A DNA stretch of 42,309 bases, from the IMG/VR virus record IMGVR_UViG_638341085_000012. The stretch is one strand, 5' to 3'. This DNA comes from a virus (Duplodnaviria > Heunggongvirae > Uroviricota > Caudoviricetes). The position numbers and the translations under genes are program-made. Positions 19,151 through 31,014 of the stretch are shown here, one piece after another (positions within the stretch are counted from its first letter, which is position 1; each line of letters begins with the position of its first letter). The notes beneath the pieces are model-generated. The model was not told the origin of the DNA. It ran no database searches and saw nothing but the letters and a program-made list of their open reading frames with translations.

Positions 19151-19610
19151 TCAACGTAAGGCGTTCCTCGATATGCTGGCGTGGTCAGAGGGAACAGATA
19201 ACGGACGTCAGAAAACCAGAAATCATGGTTATGACGTCATTGTAGGCGGAGAGCTATTCACTGATTACTCCGATCACCCTCGCAAACTTGTCACGCTAAA
19301 CCCAAAACTCAAATCAACAGCAGCCGGACGTTACCAGCTTCTTTCCCGTTGGTGGGATGCCTACCGCAAGCAACTTGGCCTGAAAGACTTCTCTCCCAAA
19401 AGCCAGGACGCAGTGGCATTGCAGCAGATTAAAGAGCGTGGCGCTTTACCGATGATTGATCGCGGTGATATTCGTCAGGCTATCGACCGTTGCAGCAATA
19501 TCTGGGCTTCACTGCCGGGTGCTGGTTATGGCCAGTTCGAGCATAAGGCTGACAGCCTGATTGCAAAATTCAAAGAGGCTGGCGGAGCGGTCAGAGAGAT
19601 TGAGGTATGA
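19134..19610 (+). CDS. R: Endolysin R (lytic transglycosylase), 158 aa
   Basis: [42 protein letters not shown]... matches recalled lambda R. Confidence 0.9.
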   Translation: MVEINNQRKAFLDMLAWSEGTDNGRQKTRNHGYDVIVGGELFTDYSDHPRKLVTLNPKLKSTAAGRYQLLSRWWDAYRKQLGLKDFSPKSQDAVALQQIKERGALPMIDRGDIRQAIDRCSNIWASLPGAGYGQFEHKADSLIAKFKEAGGAVREIEV

Positions 19611-20074
19611 GCAGAGTAACCGCGATTATCTCCGCTCTGGTTATCTGCATCATCGTTTGCCTGTCATGGGCTGTTAATCACTACCGTGATAACGCCATCG
19701 CCTACAAAGAACAGCGAGATAAAAAAGTCAGTGAGCTGAAGCAGGCGACCGCCACCATTACTGACATGCAGCAACGCCAGCGTGCTGCTGATGCACTCGA
19801 TGCTAAATACACGAAGGAGTTAGCTGATGCGAAAGATGAAAATGATGCTCTTCGGCGCAAGCTTGATAATGGTGGCAGGGTGCTCGTCAAAGGAAAATGC
19901 CCTGTGCCATCCTCAGCCGAAACCTCCGGCGCCTCCGGCATGGGCAATGATGCCACCGTCGAACTCTCTCCAGTTGCTGGACGAAACGTTCTCGGTGTCC
20001 GGGACGGAATTATCCGCGACCAAACAGCACTGAGAACGCTTCAGGAATACATCAGGACGCAATGCCTTCGATGA
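19607..20074 (+). CDS. Rz: Spanin inner-membrane subunit Rz, 155 aa
   Basis: N-terminal TM segment [31 protein letters not shown] as in lambda Rz; C-terminal half divergent. Confidence 0.85.
   Translation: MSRVTAIISALVICIIVCLSWAVNHYRDNAIAYKEQRDKKVSELKQATATITDMQQRQRAADALDAKYTKELADAKDENDALRRKLDNGGRVLVKGKCPVPSSAETSGASGMGNDATVELSPVAGRNVLGVRDGIIRDQTALRTLQEYIRTQCLR
19827..20033 (+). CDS. Rz1: Spanin outer-membrane lipoprotein Rz1, embedded in Rz in the +1 frame
   Basis: Lipobox MVAGC followed by a Pro-rich segment ([11 protein letters not shown]); exact start Met uncertain. Confidence 0.6.
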   Translation: MRKMKMMLFGASLIMVAGCSSKENALCHPQPKPPAPPAWAMMPPSNSLQLLDETFSVSGTELSATKQH

Positions 20075-20420
20075 TAGCGATAATTTTACTCATCATCCTT
20101 CACATCTGGCTCTGTAGACAGGGTGATGATCACTTCTGGAGTGAATCCAGATTAAACATCTCATTGCTGATGCTTGATATTGAGCATCTGGCGCGCGGTA
20201 AGGGGCTGCGTTGAGATAAGAGCCAGTCATTACAAATACCAGGATTTAGCCTCGCATTTGCGGGGCTTTTTTACATCTGCAGTAAACCGCGCATCGCAGC
20301 GCGTAACAATCCCGAGTCTTTCAGAAAGCTGAGCCTGAGAATTGCCGTATATGGTGGCGACCATCTCGGGGACGGCTTTTCTGTGCGAACAGGCTCATCT
20401 TTCTAAAAGGTAAAGACGCA

Positions 20421-20963
20421 ATGAACTACCCAACCGTTGTTAACGATATAGATTTCAGAGACCTAATTTTTGTAGCAAACAACGATCCGGTTACAGATTC
20501 TTTTATGGTGGCAAAAGCATTTGGAAAGCTGCCGAAGAACGTGGTTCGTGACATTGAACGAACCATAGAAGCTTGCCCTCCTGAGTTTGATACAAAGCTC
20601 AACTTTGAGCTTTGCTATAAAAACAATGAGTTACAGAATGGTAAGCCGCAAAAATTCTACCGTCTCCGCAAGGATGGGTTGATGCTTTTGGTTATGTCCT
20701 ACACCAAAAAAGAAGCAATGCGTATCAAAATTGCTTACATCAACGCATTCAACTGGATGTACGCCATGCTTCAGGTTGGTCATCGTCAATTTGAAGAAGA
20801 GAGAAATGCCGTAATGCTGGAGTACATGAAAGAGAAGGATGTTGCCAGCATGTCAGGCCGCCTGCTTAATCGCTGGGGAAAAATTAAGAAGCCTCAGCTA
20901 CTGGCGAGAATTGAACGCCTTGAACAGCACGGGCAAACCGTAATCCCCGGACTCACCAATTAA
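20421..20963 (+). CDS. rha: Rha-family phage regulatory protein, 180 aa
   Basis: N-terminal VAKAFGKLPKNVVRDIERTIE fits the Rha/Bro-N family; between lysis and packaging genes as in P22. Confidence 0.6.
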   Translation: MNYPTVVNDIDFRDLIFVANNDPVTDSFMVAKAFGKLPKNVVRDIERTIEACPPEFDTKLNFELCYKNNELQNGKPQKFYRLRKDGLMLLVMSYTKKEAMRIKIAYINAFNWMYAMLQVGHRQFEEERNAVMLEYMKEKDVASMSGRLLNRWGKIKKPQLLARIERLEQHGQTVIPGLTN

Positions 20964-21043
20964 CGGCAGTACAGCGAAACAACCCAAGCCAGAAAGTGGG
21001 GAAATAACACTGGCAGCCACTGAAAGATGAACCTCCTGCCTTA

Positions 21044-21481
<438 letters not shown>

Positions 21482-21593
21482 TACGGGCCAATTGGTGTAT
21501 TGAATATTCCGGGCGTGAATTGATGTGATATATCAATTATTCTGGGAAATGAGTTCATTATGAAATTCCACTAACCAGAATCGGAGGATTTCA

Positions 21594-22334
21594 ATGCATC
21601 AAAACTTAGCCAACGCAACATTTCAGGTCATTGCAGGTGATTCTCGTGGTAGCGGGTTCAGTTTCATGCGAGAAAACCTAGTTGTAACTAACTTGCATGT
21701 TGTGGCCACCTGTTGTGACTTACAAACCAAGTGTCAAATCAATGACGTCATTCTTCAAACTGAAGCAAATGAGAGTATCGACGCTAAAATTTTGTATGTT
21801 GATGGTAGTAACGACTTTGCTATCATGCAATTGCAATCCCCCCTTCCTGGCGGAAGAACAGTCCTTCAACCATCTGCTGGGTTTGCTCCATCCAGGGGCA
21901 GAAAAGTAATTTTTGCAGGATACCCGCATGGGATACCTCTGTTACTAACAAGTGAGGCAATTATTTCAGCACCGATGGAGCATGGCCGATTTACGCTTGA
22001 TGGAATGGTTAATGGGGGGAACTCAGGAGGACCTATTATTGATCGAGATTCGGGAGAGTTAGTAGGTATCGTCACCCAGCGTAGATATATAATGGGCGAT
22101 CAGGCTGATGCTTTCAGCCAAGAAATAGCCCAACTGCGACAATATCTTTCTTCAGCAAGTCTGCATAGAAGTGTTGAGATCATGGGTGTTAATTTCGGGC
22201 AAATGGCGGACATGTTTGGTAGATCGCTACAGATTGTTTCGGACATGATGTCGCAGAATGCTAACTCCGGAATTGGTATTGGATTTTCAATCCAGCCCAT
22301 CGTTGATGTGATCACATCTTTCCCTACGAAATAA
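21594..22334 (+). CDS. Trypsin-like (S1/chymotrypsin-fold) serine protease domain protein, 246 aa
   Basis: Catalytic triad in canonical order: H in VVTNLHVV, D in NDFAIMQL, S in GNSGGPII; GGAGG 7 nt upstream; own downstream terminator. Confidence 0.7.
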   Translation: MHQNLANATFQVIAGDSRGSGFSFMRENLVVTNLHVVATCCDLQTKCQINDVILQTEANESIDAKILYVDGSNDFAIMQLQSPLPGGRTVLQPSAGFAPSRGRKVIFAGYPHGIPLLLTSEAIISAPMEHGRFTLDGMVNGGNSGGPIIDRDSGELVGIVTQRRYIMGDQADAFSQEIAQLRQYLSSASLHRSVEIMGVNFGQMADMFGRSLQIVSDMMSQNANSGIGIGFSIQPIVDVITSFPTK

Positions 22335-22366
22335 ACATTCGTTGTATAAGATTTTATACATGATAT

Positions 22367-22390
22367 GGCCACGCATATGTGTGGCTTTTT
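22367..22390 (+). terminator. Rho-independent terminator after the protease gene
   Basis: GCCAC-GCATATGT-GTGGC followed by TTTTTATT. Confidence 0.5.
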
Positions 22391-22497
22391 ATTGCCATCA
22401 CAAAAGCCATTCCTTGCAGAGTGGCTTTGATAATGGCCTATACCCTACACGGGATAACTTGACTGATATCCCTTTTAACGGATAAACGGAGCCAACA

Positions 22498-22740
22498 ATG
22501 GCAGAGATTATTCCCATGACTGAAGAACAGAAATTCCAGCTAGAGATTTACAAACTGGTCATGAACCAGAACGCAGCCGCAGAGGAAGCATTTCAGTTCA
22601 TTGGCACTGACGAACTGAAGCTTGAGCTATTCAAAATTCACTTCCAGTCAGGCGGCGCTAATTCGGATATCACGATCCGCACATTCGAAGCAGTGCGTAA
22701 ATCGAAGGAAGCGTTAGACCTGTTCACTACCGGAGCATAA
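22498..22740 (+). CDS. Hypothetical protein upstream of the small terminase, 80 aa
   Basis: ORF MAEIIPMTEEQKFQLEIYKLV...; ends 2 nt before terS. Confidence 0.45.
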   Translation: MAEIIPMTEEQKFQLEIYKLVMNQNAAAEEAFQFIGTDELKLELFKIHFQSGGANSDITIRTFEAVRKSKEALDLFTTGA

Positions 22741-22742
22741 AC

Positions 22743-23183
22743 ATGGCGCGCCCAACAAAGTATCAAGAGGCGTACGCCGAACAGGCACGCAAACTGTGCT
22801 TGCTGGGCTACACCGATGCAGAGCTTGCTGATTTCTTCGAAGTCAGTGAGTCAACTATTAACAAGTGGAAGCTTGATTATCCTGAGTTTTCGGAGTCCAT
22901 AAAAAAGGGTAAGGCCGTCGCTGATGCAGAAGTTAGTGATCGTCTTTATCAACGCGCTATGGGCTTCGTGGCTCCAGACATCGATATTCGTGTTATTGAA
23001 AACAGAATTGTCGAAACTCCGCTTGAGAAGTATTACCCGCCTGATACAACAGCTGCCATCTTCTGGCTTAAGAACAGACAGAAGGATAAATGGCGCGACA
23101 AGGTTGATCACGAGCTAACAGGCAAAGACGGCGGCGCAATCCAGATTGAAACATCACCGATGAGCACTCTATTCGGAAAATGA
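22743..23183 (+). CDS. Terminase small subunit, 146 aa
   Basis: HTH-like segment LGYTDAELADFFEVSESTINKWK; immediately upstream of and overlapping terL. Confidence 0.65.
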   Translation: MARPTKYQEAYAEQARKLCLLGYTDAELADFFEVSESTINKWKLDYPEFSESIKKGKAVADAEVSDRLYQRAMGFVAPDIDIRVIENRIVETPLEKYYPPDTTAAIFWLKNRQKDKWRDKVDHELTGKDGGAIQIETSPMSTLFGK

Positions 23184-24592
23184 CCTCGATTAATCCTATC
23201 TTTGAACCGTTCATTGAGGCGCATCGCTACAAAGTCGCCAAAGGCGGTCGAGGTAGCGGCAAGTCATGGGCAATCGCGAGGCTGCTTGTTGAAGCGGCGC
23301 GTCGGCAGCCGGTGCGTATTCTCTGCGCTCGTGAACTGCAAAACAGTATCAGCGATTCGGTAATCCGGTTGCTTGAAGACACCATAGAGCGGGAAGGGTA
23401 TTCGGCTGAGTTTGAAATTCAGCGTTCAATGATTCGTCATCTCGGAACGAATGCTGAATTCATGTTCTACGGCATCAAAAACAACCCGACGAAGATTAAA
23501 TCGCTCGAAGGCATTGATATCTGCTGGGTGGAAGAAGCGGAAGCGGTAACGAAGGAATCATGGGATATCCTGATACCAACCATCCGTAAGCCGTTCTCTG
23601 AAATATGGGTGAGCTTTAACCCGAAGAACATACTCGACGATACCTATCAGCGATTCGTTGTAAATCCTCCCGATGATATTTGCCTGCTGACGGTGAACTA
23701 CACCGACAACCCGCACTTTCCTGAAGTTCTCCGTCTGGAGATGGAAGAGTGCAAACGCAGAAATCCGACACTGTATCGTCACATCTGGCTTGGTGAGCCG
23801 GTAAGCGCAAGTGATATGGCAATCATCAAACGAGAATGGCTTGAAGCTGCAACCGATGCGCACAAGAAACTCGGATGGAAAGCGAAAGGCGCTGTTGTCT
23901 CTGCGCATGACCCATCAGATACAGGGCCAGATGCTAAAGGTTACGCATCGCGTCACGGTTCGGTAGTTAAGCGCATTGCCGAAGGTCTGCTGATGGACAT
24001 CAACGAGGGTGCTGACTGGGCTACTTCGCTGGCGATTGAAGACGGCGCTGACCATTACCTGTGGGATGGTGATGGTGTTGGTGCAGGTCTACGCAGACAG
24101 ACAACGGAAGCGTTCTCCGGTAAGAAAATCACCGCCACGATGTTCAAGGGCAGCGAATCGCCATTCGATGAAGATGCACCGTATCAGGCCGGAGCATGGG
24201 CTGATGAAGTCGTACAGGGTGACAACGTTCGTACTATTGGCGATGTATTCCGCAATAAGCGAGCGCAATTCTATTACGCGCTGGCTGACAGGCTGTATCT
24301 GACATATCGGGCGGTTGTTCACGGTGAGTATGCAGACCCCGACGACATGCTGAGTTTCGACAAAGAAGCGATAGGCGAGAAGATGCTGGAGAAGCTGTTT
24401 GCAGAACTGACGCAGATTCAGCGCAAATTCAATAACAACGGGAAGCTGGAGCTAATGACTAAGGTCGAAATGAAGCAGAAGCTCGGTATTCCATCTCCCA
24501 ACCTGGCTGATGCTCTGATGATGTGTATGCATTGCCCGGCATTGGTCCGCGAAGAAACAGAAATATACGTTCCCTCATCCTCCGGTTGGTAA
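23180..24592 (+). CDS. Terminase large subunit (ATPase plus nuclease), 470 aa
   Basis: Walker A KGGRGSGKS near the N-terminus; size and position. Confidence 0.85.
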   Translation: MTSINPIFEPFIEAHRYKVAKGGRGSGKSWAIARLLVEAARRQPVRILCARELQNSISDSVIRLLEDTIEREGYSAEFEIQRSMIRHLGTNAEFMFYGIKNNPTKIKSLEGIDICWVEEAEAVTKESWDILIPTIRKPFSEIWVSFNPKNILDDTYQRFVVNPPDDICLLTVNYTDNPHFPEVLRLEMEECKRRNPTLYRHIWLGEPVSASDMAIIKREWLEAATDAHKKLGWKAKGAVVSAHDPSDTGPDAKGYASRHGSVVKRIAEGLLMDINEGADWATSLAIEDGADHYLWDGDGVGAGLRRQTTEAFSGKKITATMFKGSESPFDEDAPYQAGAWADEVVQGDNVRTIGDVFRNKRAQFYYALADRLYLTYRAVVHGEYADPDDMLSFDKEAIGEKMLEKLFAELTQIQRKFNNNGKLELMTKVEMKQKLGIPSPNLADALMMCMHCPALVREETEIYVPSSSGW

Positions 24593-24594
24593 AC

Positions 24595-26721
24595 ATGGCA
24601 GAGACATTAGAGAAAAAACATGAGCGGATCATGCTCAGGTTTGACCGCGCCTATTCTCCACAGAAGGAAGTGCGCGAAAAGTGCATTGAAGCTACGAGGT
24701 TTGCTCGTGTCCCCGGAGGTCAATGGGAAGGAGCAACGGCGGCTGGAACTAAGCTTGATGAGCAGTTCGAGAAGTATCCTAAGTTTGAAATCAATAAGGT
24801 AGCAACTGAACTTAACCGCATCATTGCAGAATACCGCAATAATAGAATCACCGTTAAGTTTCGTCCTGGTGACAGAGAGGCAAGCGAAGAGTTAGCCAAT
24901 AAATTAAATGGTCTGTTCCGTGCTGACTACGAAGAAACTGATGGCGGTGAGGCTTGCGATAATGCATTTGACGACGCTGCTACTGGTGGTTTCGGTTGCT
25001 TCCGTTTGACGTCGATGCTGGTCAATGAATACGACCCCATGGACGATCGTCAGCGTATTGCTATTGAACCAATATACGACCCGTCGCGCTCTGTGTGGTT
25101 TGACCCTGACGCTAAGAAGTACGACAAATCTGACGCGTTGTGGGCGTTCTGCATGTATTCGTTGTCACCTGAAAAATATGAGGCTGAATACGGAAAGAAA
25201 CCTCCTGCTTCTCTGGACGTAACGTCTATGACCAGTTGGGAATATGACTGGTTTGATGAAGATGTTATTTACATAGCGAAGTATTACGAAGTTCGTAAAG
25301 AGTCTGTTGACGTCATCAGTTATCGACATCCAATCACTGGAGAGGTTGCAACATACGACAGTGATCAGGTTGAAGATATTGAAGATGAACTGGCAATAGC
25401 TGGATTTCAGGAAGTGGCAAGGCGCTCAGTGAAGCGCCGTCGTGTGTATGTATCCGTAGTGGATGGTGATGGTTTCCTTGAGAAACCTCGACGTATTCCT
25501 GGTGAGCATATCCCCCTCATCCCGGTTTATGGAAAACGCTGGTTCATTGATGACATTGAGCGTGTCGAAGGGCACATTGCAAAAGCAATGGATCCACAGC
25601 GTTTGTACAACCTTCAGGTTTCAATGCTGGCTGATACTGCAGCGCAAGACCCCGGTCAGATCCCTATAGTTGGCATGGAGCAAATTCGTGGACTTGAGAA
25701 GCACTGGGAGGCTCGCAACAAGAAACGCCCAGCGTTCTTGCCGTTGCGCGAAGTGAGAGATAAATCTGGCAACATTATCGCTGGAGCTACCCCGGCAGGA
25801 TATACACAGCCTGCGGTTATGAATCAGGCATTGGCTGCATTACTACAGCAAACCAGTGCAGATATTCAGGAGGTTACAGGCGGCAGTCAGGCCATGCAGC
25901 AGATGCCAAGTAATATTGCTCAGGAAACGGTTAACAACTTGATGAACAGAGCAGATATGGCTTCGTTTATCTATCTGGACAATATGGCGAAAAGTCTTAA
26001 ACGCGCTGGTGAAGTATGGCTGTCAATGGCGCGTGAAGTGTACGGTTCAGAACGTGAAGTGCGCATCGTTAACGAAGATGGAAGTGATGATATCGCTGTC
26101 CTGAGCGCACAGGTTGTTGACAGGCAAACAGGGGCTGTTGTTGCGTTAAATGACCTTTCTGTCGGTCGATACGATGTGACGGTTGATGTTGGACCAAGCT
26201 ACACAGCACGACGTGATGCAACGGTTTCTGTACTGACAAATGTCCTTAGCTCTATGCTTCCAACAGATCCAATGCGCCCGGCAATTCAGGGTATTATTCT
26301 GGACAATATCGATGGCGAAGGCCTTGATGACTTCAAAGAGTACAACCGAAACCAACTGCTGATATCTGGTATTGCAAAACCACGCAATGAGAAAGAGCAG
26401 CAGATTGTTCAACAGGCGCAAATGGCAGCACAAAGCCAGCCAAATCCTGAAATGGTTCTCGCTCAGGCGCAAATGGTAGCAGCGCAGGCAGAAGCGCAAA
26501 AAGCAACTAACGAAACTGCTCAAACTCAAATCAAAGCATTTACTGCCCAGCAGGATGCGATGGAGAGTCAGGCAAACACTGTCTATAAACTGGCCCAAGC
26601 CAGAAACATCGATGACAAAGCAGTGATGGAGGCAATACGCCTTCTGAAAGATGTCTCCGAGTCACAACAACAGCAATTCCAGTCACCACCACAGTCTCCG
26701 GCAGACTTAATGCCGAGTTAA
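24595..26721 (+). CDS. Portal protein, 708 aa
   Basis: Large ORF immediately after terL; start at MAETLEKK (ATG 24595); size comparable to P22/Sf6 portal. Confidence 0.8.
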   Translation: MAETLEKKHERIMLRFDRAYSPQKEVREKCIEATRFARVPGGQWEGATAAGTKLDEQFEKYPKFEINKVATELNRIIAEYRNNRITVKFRPGDREASEELANKLNGLFRADYEETDGGEACDNAFDDAATGGFGCFRLTSMLVNEYDPMDDRQRIAIEPIYDPSRSVWFDPDAKKYDKSDALWAFCMYSLSPEKYEAEYGKKPPASLDVTSMTSWEYDWFDEDVIYIAKYYEVRKESVDVISYRHPITGEVATYDSDQVEDIEDELAIAGFQEVARRSVKRRRVYVSVVDGDGFLEKPRRIPGEHIPLIPVYGKRWFIDDIERVEGHIAKAMDPQRLYNLQVSMLADTAAQDPGQIPIVGMEQIRGLEKHWEARNKKRPAFLPLREVRDKSGNIIAGATPAGYTQPAVMNQALAALLQQTSADIQEVTGGSQAMQQMPSNIAQETVNNLMNRADMASFIYLDNMAKSLKRAGEVWLSMAREVYGSEREVRIVNEDGSDDIAVLSAQVVDRQTGAVVALNDLSVGRYDVTVDVGPSYTARRDATVSVLTNVLSSMLPTDPMRPAIQGIILDNIDGEGLDDFKEYNRNQLLISGIAKPRNEKEQQIVQQAQMAAQSQPNPEMVLAQAQMVAAQAEAQKATNETAQTQIKAFTAQQDAMESQANTVYKLAQARNIDDKAVMEAIRLLKDVSESQQQQFQSPPQSPADLMPS

Positions 26722-26734
26722 CCAGGAGTAATCA

Positions 26735-27619
26735 ATGGAAAACGAACTGATCATCGACGGTCAGGTTATTGGCCTGTCTGAAACACAGGAAAATGCAGAA
26801 GAAACCATCATCCAAACAGAGTCACAGCCTGAGAATGAAAGCCAGGATGACAACGGTAAAGAGGTGGCAACTGAGCCTGAAAAAACCGAAGAGACACCAG
26901 AAGATTACGCCTTGCGTATTGGTGATGAAGAAATTCAGCTTAACGCTGACGATGATGATCACATTGACGGGCAACCTGCACCGCAATGGGTGAAAGATCT
27001 TCGCAAAGGCTTCAAAGAAACACAGAAAGAAAACCGTGAGTTGCGCCGCCAGCTTGAGGAAGCATTAGCCAAGCCAGCGGAACATCAGCAACCACAACCA
27101 GACGCTATTCCACCAAAACCGACTCTTGAGTCGTGTGATTATGACGAACAGGCGTTTGAACAGGCATTGACTGATTGGCATGAGAAAAAAGGCCGTGTCG
27201 AACAGCAGCAGCAACAAAAACTACGTCAGCAACAGGAATACCAGCAGCGTTTCCAGCAAAGGGTAGAAGCGCATAAACAACGGGCAGCCAAACTTCCTGT
27301 GAAAGATTATCAGGAAATGGAAGCCATTGTTCTTAGTGAGCTACCACCAATTCAGCAGGAAATCATCATTCACTGTGCAGACGAAGGCTCTGAACTACTC
27401 GCCTATGGCTTAGGTAAGAGCCAGCAATTACGCCAGCGTGTAGCCGCTGAGACAGATCCAATTCGCGCAGCATTCCTCTTGGGGCAGATTAGCAAACAGG
27501 TAAGCCTTGCTCCAAAACCAAAGAAAGCCATCAAGCCAGAGCCGGAAGTACGTGGTGGCGGTGCTGATGCGAAACAAGACGAATTCAACAAATTATGCCC
27601 CGGCGCAAAAATCGAATAA
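26735..27619 (+). CDS. Scaffolding protein, 294 aa
   Basis: Acidic, Gln-rich, helical protein between portal and coat, as P22 gp8. Confidence 0.7.
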   Translation: MENELIIDGQVIGLSETQENAEETIIQTESQPENESQDDNGKEVATEPEKTEETPEDYALRIGDEEIQLNADDDDHIDGQPAPQWVKDLRKGFKETQKENRELRRQLEEALAKPAEHQQPQPDAIPPKPTLESCDYDEQAFEQALTDWHEKKGRVEQQQQQKLRQQQEYQQRFQQRVEAHKQRAAKLPVKDYQEMEAIVLSELPPIQQEIIIHCADEGSELLAYGLGKSQQLRQRVAAETDPIRAAFLLGQISKQVSLAPKPKKAIKPEPEVRGGGADAKQDEFNKLCPGAKIE

Positions 27620-27630
27620 GGAAAAGATAA

Positions 27631-28902
27631 ATGCCTAACAATCTCGACAGTAACGTCAGTCAAATCGTTCTGAAAAAATTCCTTCCGGGTTTTATGTCAG
27701 ATTTAGTTCTGGCGAAAACCGTAGACCGTCAGTTGCTGGCAGGTGAAATCAACTCCAGCACTGGCGATAGCGTTAGCTTTAAACGTCCGCATCAATTCTC
27801 ATCCCTCCGTACTCCCACTGGTGATATTTCAGGGCAAAATAAAAACAACCTGATCTCAGGTAAAGCCACGGGGCGTGTAGGTAACTACATCACTGTTGCT
27901 GTTGAATATCAGCAACTGGAGGAAGCGATCAAGCTTAACCAGTTGGAAGAAATTCTCGCGCCGGTTCGCCAGAGAATCGTTACCGACCTTGAAACAGAGC
28001 TTGCTCACTTCATGATGAATAACGGTGCGTTGTCACTTGGTAGCCCCAATACTCCAATCACCAAATGGTCTGATGTTGCGCAGACGGCATCTTTCCTGAA
28101 AGACCTCGGCGTTAATGAAGGTGAAAACTATGCTGTAATGGATCCATGGTCTGCACAGCGACTTGCTGATGCGCAGACTGGTTTGCATGCTTCAGATCAA
28201 TTGGTTCGTACTGCATGGGAGAACGCACAGATCCCAACCAATTTTGGCGGCATTCGCGCACTGATGTCTAATGGGCTTGCCTCTCGTACGCAGGGGGCAT
28301 TTGGCGGAACACTGACAGTCAAAACACAGCCAACTGTTACCTATAACGCAGTTAAAGACTCATACCAGTTCACTGTAACATTGACCGGAGCGACAGCCAG
28401 CGTTACAGGTTTTCTGAAAGCTGGTGATCAGGTCAAATTCACCAATACCTACTGGCTGCAACAGCAGACCAAACAGGCGTTGTATAACGGAGCCACACCA
28501 ATTAGCTTCACTGCAACGGTTACTGCTGATGCTAATTCAGACAGCAGTGGCGATGTGACGGTTACGCTTTCTGGTGTTCCGATTTATGACACTACAAACC
28601 CGCAGTACAACTCTGTAAGTCGTCAGGTAGAGGCAGGCGATGCCGTATCTGTAGTAGGCACTGCTAGCCAGACAATGAAGCCAAACCTGTTCTATAACAA
28701 GTTCTTCTGTGGACTTGGCTCTATCCCACTGCCGAAACTGCACAGTATTGATTCTGCTGTTGCAACATATGAAGGTTTCTCCATCCGCGTACATAAATAC
28801 GCAGATGGCGATGCCAACGTGCAAAAAATGCGCTTTGACTTACTGCCTGCATATGTGTGCTTTAACCCTCACATGGGCGGTCAGTTCTTCGGTAATCCGT
28901 AA
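27631..28902 (+). CDS. Major capsid (coat) protein, 423 aa
   Basis: Position after the scaffold; 423 aa as recalled for the Sf6 coat protein. Confidence 0.8.
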   Translation: MPNNLDSNVSQIVLKKFLPGFMSDLVLAKTVDRQLLAGEINSSTGDSVSFKRPHQFSSLRTPTGDISGQNKNNLISGKATGRVGNYITVAVEYQQLEEAIKLNQLEEILAPVRQRIVTDLETELAHFMMNNGALSLGSPNTPITKWSDVAQTASFLKDLGVNEGENYAVMDPWSAQRLADAQTGLHASDQLVRTAWENAQIPTNFGGIRALMSNGLASRTQGAFGGTLTVKTQPTVTYNAVKDSYQFTVTLTGATASVTGFLKAGDQVKFTNTYWLQQQTKQALYNGATPISFTATVTADANSDSSGDVTVTLSGVPIYDTTNPQYNSVSRQVEAGDAVSVVGTASQTMKPNLFYNKFFCGLGSIPLPKLHSIDSAVATYEGFSIRVHKYADGDANVQKMRFDLLPAYVCFNPHMGGQFFGNP

Positions 28903-28944
28903 TAACAAGGGGCTTACGCCCCTTTTATGTTTTAAGGAAACAAT

Positions 28945-29130
28945 ATGGATCGCATGAGTGTATTCCTTGCCGCAGATAACGAATCCGGGCATGTACAGGC
29001 CGTTATCGCAGAAAAAGACTTCCAGTTTTTCGAAAAGTTGGGCTTTGTTGCCTCAGTTGATGAATTGAAACCGACCAGTAAGCGAGGTCGTAAGGCGGCA
29101 GACAATGGCAACAGTACTGACAAAGGGTGA
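28945..29130 (+). CDS. Hypothetical small protein, 61 aa
   Basis: AAGGA SD; overlaps the start of the next gene by 26 nt. Confidence 0.35.
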   Translation: MDRMSVFLAADNESGHVQAVIAEKDFQFFEKLGFVASVDELKPTSKRGRKAADNGNSTDKG

Positions 29131-29587
29131 GATCGTCCTTTTTGCGCTTCGTAAGTTTGCTATTGCTTCTAATGCATCGCTGACTGATGTTGAGCCGCAA
29201 TCAATTGAAGATGGTGTAAATGATCTGGAAGATATGATGTCCGAGTGGATGATTAACCCCGGCGACATTGGTTACGCTTTCGCAACTGGAGATGAGCAGC
29301 CATTACCAGATGATGAGTCAGGTCTTCCAAGAAAATACAAACACGCAGTAGGCTATCAGTTATTGCTGAGAATACTATCTGATTACAGCCTTGAACCAAC
29401 TCCGCAAGTTCTCAGTAACGCCCAACGCTCATATGATGCCTTGATGACCGACACTCTGGTTGTTCCTTCAATGCGACGACGTGGAGATTTTCCTGTAGGA
29501 CAGGGTAATAAATATGACGTGTTCACATCTGACCGATATTATCCAGGCAATCTCCCTCTGATTGATGGCGATATCCCAAACGCATAG
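29105..29587 (+). CDS. Head completion/adaptor protein (P22 gp4-like), 160 aa
   Basis: TKGEIVLFALRKF...TDVEPQS resembles recalled P22 gp4; synteny. Confidence 0.7.
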   Translation: MATVLTKGEIVLFALRKFAIASNASLTDVEPQSIEDGVNDLEDMMSEWMINPGDIGYAFATGDEQPLPDDESGLPRKYKHAVGYQLLLRILSDYSLEPTPQVLSNAQRSYDALMTDTLVVPSMRRRGDFPVGQGNKYDVFTSDRYYPGNLPLIDGDIPNA

Positions 29588-29595
29588 GTGAATAA

Positions 29596-31014
29596 ATGCC
29601 TATTCAGCAACTTCCGCTTATGAAAGGTGTCGGCAAAGACTTCAGAAACGCCGACTATATCGACTATCTGCCAGTGAATATGTTGGCTACACCCAAAGAA
29701 ATCCTGAACAGCAGCGGATATCTTCGCTCATTCCCGGGCATTGCCAAACGTTCTGATGTGAACGGCGTATCGCGCGGCGTCGAGTACAACATGGCGCAGA
29801 GTGCTGTTTATCGCGTATGTGGTGGGAAGCTTTACAAAGGCGAAAGCGAAGTCGGTGACGTCGCCGGAAGTGGTCGCGTATCAATGGCGCATGGTCGGAC
29901 ATCACAGGCGGTAGGCGTTAATGGTCAACTGGTCGAGTATCGCTATGATGGTACGGTTAAAACCGTCTCAAACTGGCCTACAGACAGTGGATTCACTCAG
30001 TATGAGTTAGGTTCAGTTCGCGACATTACGCGCTTGCGTGGGCGTTATGCGTGGTCAAAAGACGGTACTGATTCATGGTTTATCACTGACCTTGAAGACG
30101 AATCGCACCCTGACCGCTACAGCGCACAATATCGCGCAGAATCGCAGCCTGACGGCATCATCGGCATCGGAACATGGCGAGACTTCATCGTATGCTTTGG
30201 TTCATCAACGATTGAATATTTCTCCCTGACTGGTGCAACCACCGTTGGCGCTGCTTTGTATGTCGCACAGCCATCACTGATGGTGCAAAAAGGCATCGCC
30301 GGGACTTACTGCAAAACGCCGTTTGCTGATTCGTATGCGTTCATCAGCAATCCGGCAACGGGTGTGCCGTCTGTGTATATCATCGGCTCCGGTCAGGTGT
30401 CACCAATCGCCAGCGCGAGCATTGAGAAAATCCTCCGATCCTACACTGCTGATGAACTGGCTGATGGTGTGATGGAATCGCTGCGGTTTGATGCTCATGA
30501 GTTGCTGATTATCCACCTTCCTCGCCATGTTCTCGTGTACGACGCATCTTCAAGCGCCAATGGTCCGCAATGGTGTGTACTGAAAACAGGCTTGTATGAC
30601 GATGTGTACCGCGCTATCGACTTCATTTACGAAGGAAATCAGATAACGTGCGGCGATAAGCTGGAATCGGTGACCGGGAAATTGCAGTTCGATATCAGCA
30701 GCCAGTATGGGCTTCAACAGGAACACCTGCTGTTTACTCCGTTGTTCAAAGCGGATAACGCCAGAGTGTTCGATCTTGAGGTTGAATCGTCAACTGGCGT
30801 TGCGCAGTACGCCGACCGCCTGTTCCTCTCTGCAACCACTGACGGCATAAATTACGGACGTGAGCAGATGATTGAACAGAATGAACCGTTCGTTTACGAC
30901 AAACGTGTTTTGTGGAAGCGAGTCGGGCGCATCAGGAAAAATGTCGGCTTCAAATTGCGCGTTATCACGAAGTCACCTGTCACTCTGTCAGGCTGCCAGA
31001 TAAGGATTGAGTAA
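29596..31014 (+). CDS. Head completion/tail hub protein (P22 gp10-like), 472 aa
   Basis: Size identical to P22 gp10; synteny 4-10-26. Confidence 0.65.
   Translation: MPIQQLPLMKGVGKDFRNADYIDYLPVNMLATPKEILNSSGYLRSFPGIAKRSDVNGVSRGVEYNMAQSAVYRVCGGKLYKGESEVGDVAGSGRVSMAHGRTSQAVGVNGQLVEYRYDGTVKTVSNWPTDSGFTQYELGSVRDITRLRGRYAWSKDGTDSWFITDLEDESHPDRYSAQYRAESQPDGIIGIGTWRDFIVCFGSSTIEYFSLTGATTVGAALYVAQPSLMVQKGIAGTYCKTPFADSYAFISNPATGVPSVYIIGSGQVSPIASASIEKILRSYTADELADGVMESLRFDAHELLIIHLPRHVLVYDASSSANGPQWCVLKTGLYDDVYRAIDFIYEGNQITCGDKLESVTGKLQFDISSQYGLQQEHLLFTPLFKADNARVFDLEVESSTGVAQYADRLFLSATTDGINYGREQMIEQNEPFVYDKRVLWKRVGRIRKNVGFKLRVITKSPVTLSGCQIRIE

Noticed and set aside
20075-20420. Expected bor-like lipoprotein gene on the minus strand downstream of Rz, as in lambda
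   Set aside because: No ORF of suitable size or lipobox is present on either strand; the interval contains only a probable terminator hairpin near 20248..20275.
26146-26598. 150-aa minus-strand ORF inside the portal gene
   Set aside because: Antisense shadow ORF with a Cys/Leu-rich nonsense-like translation.
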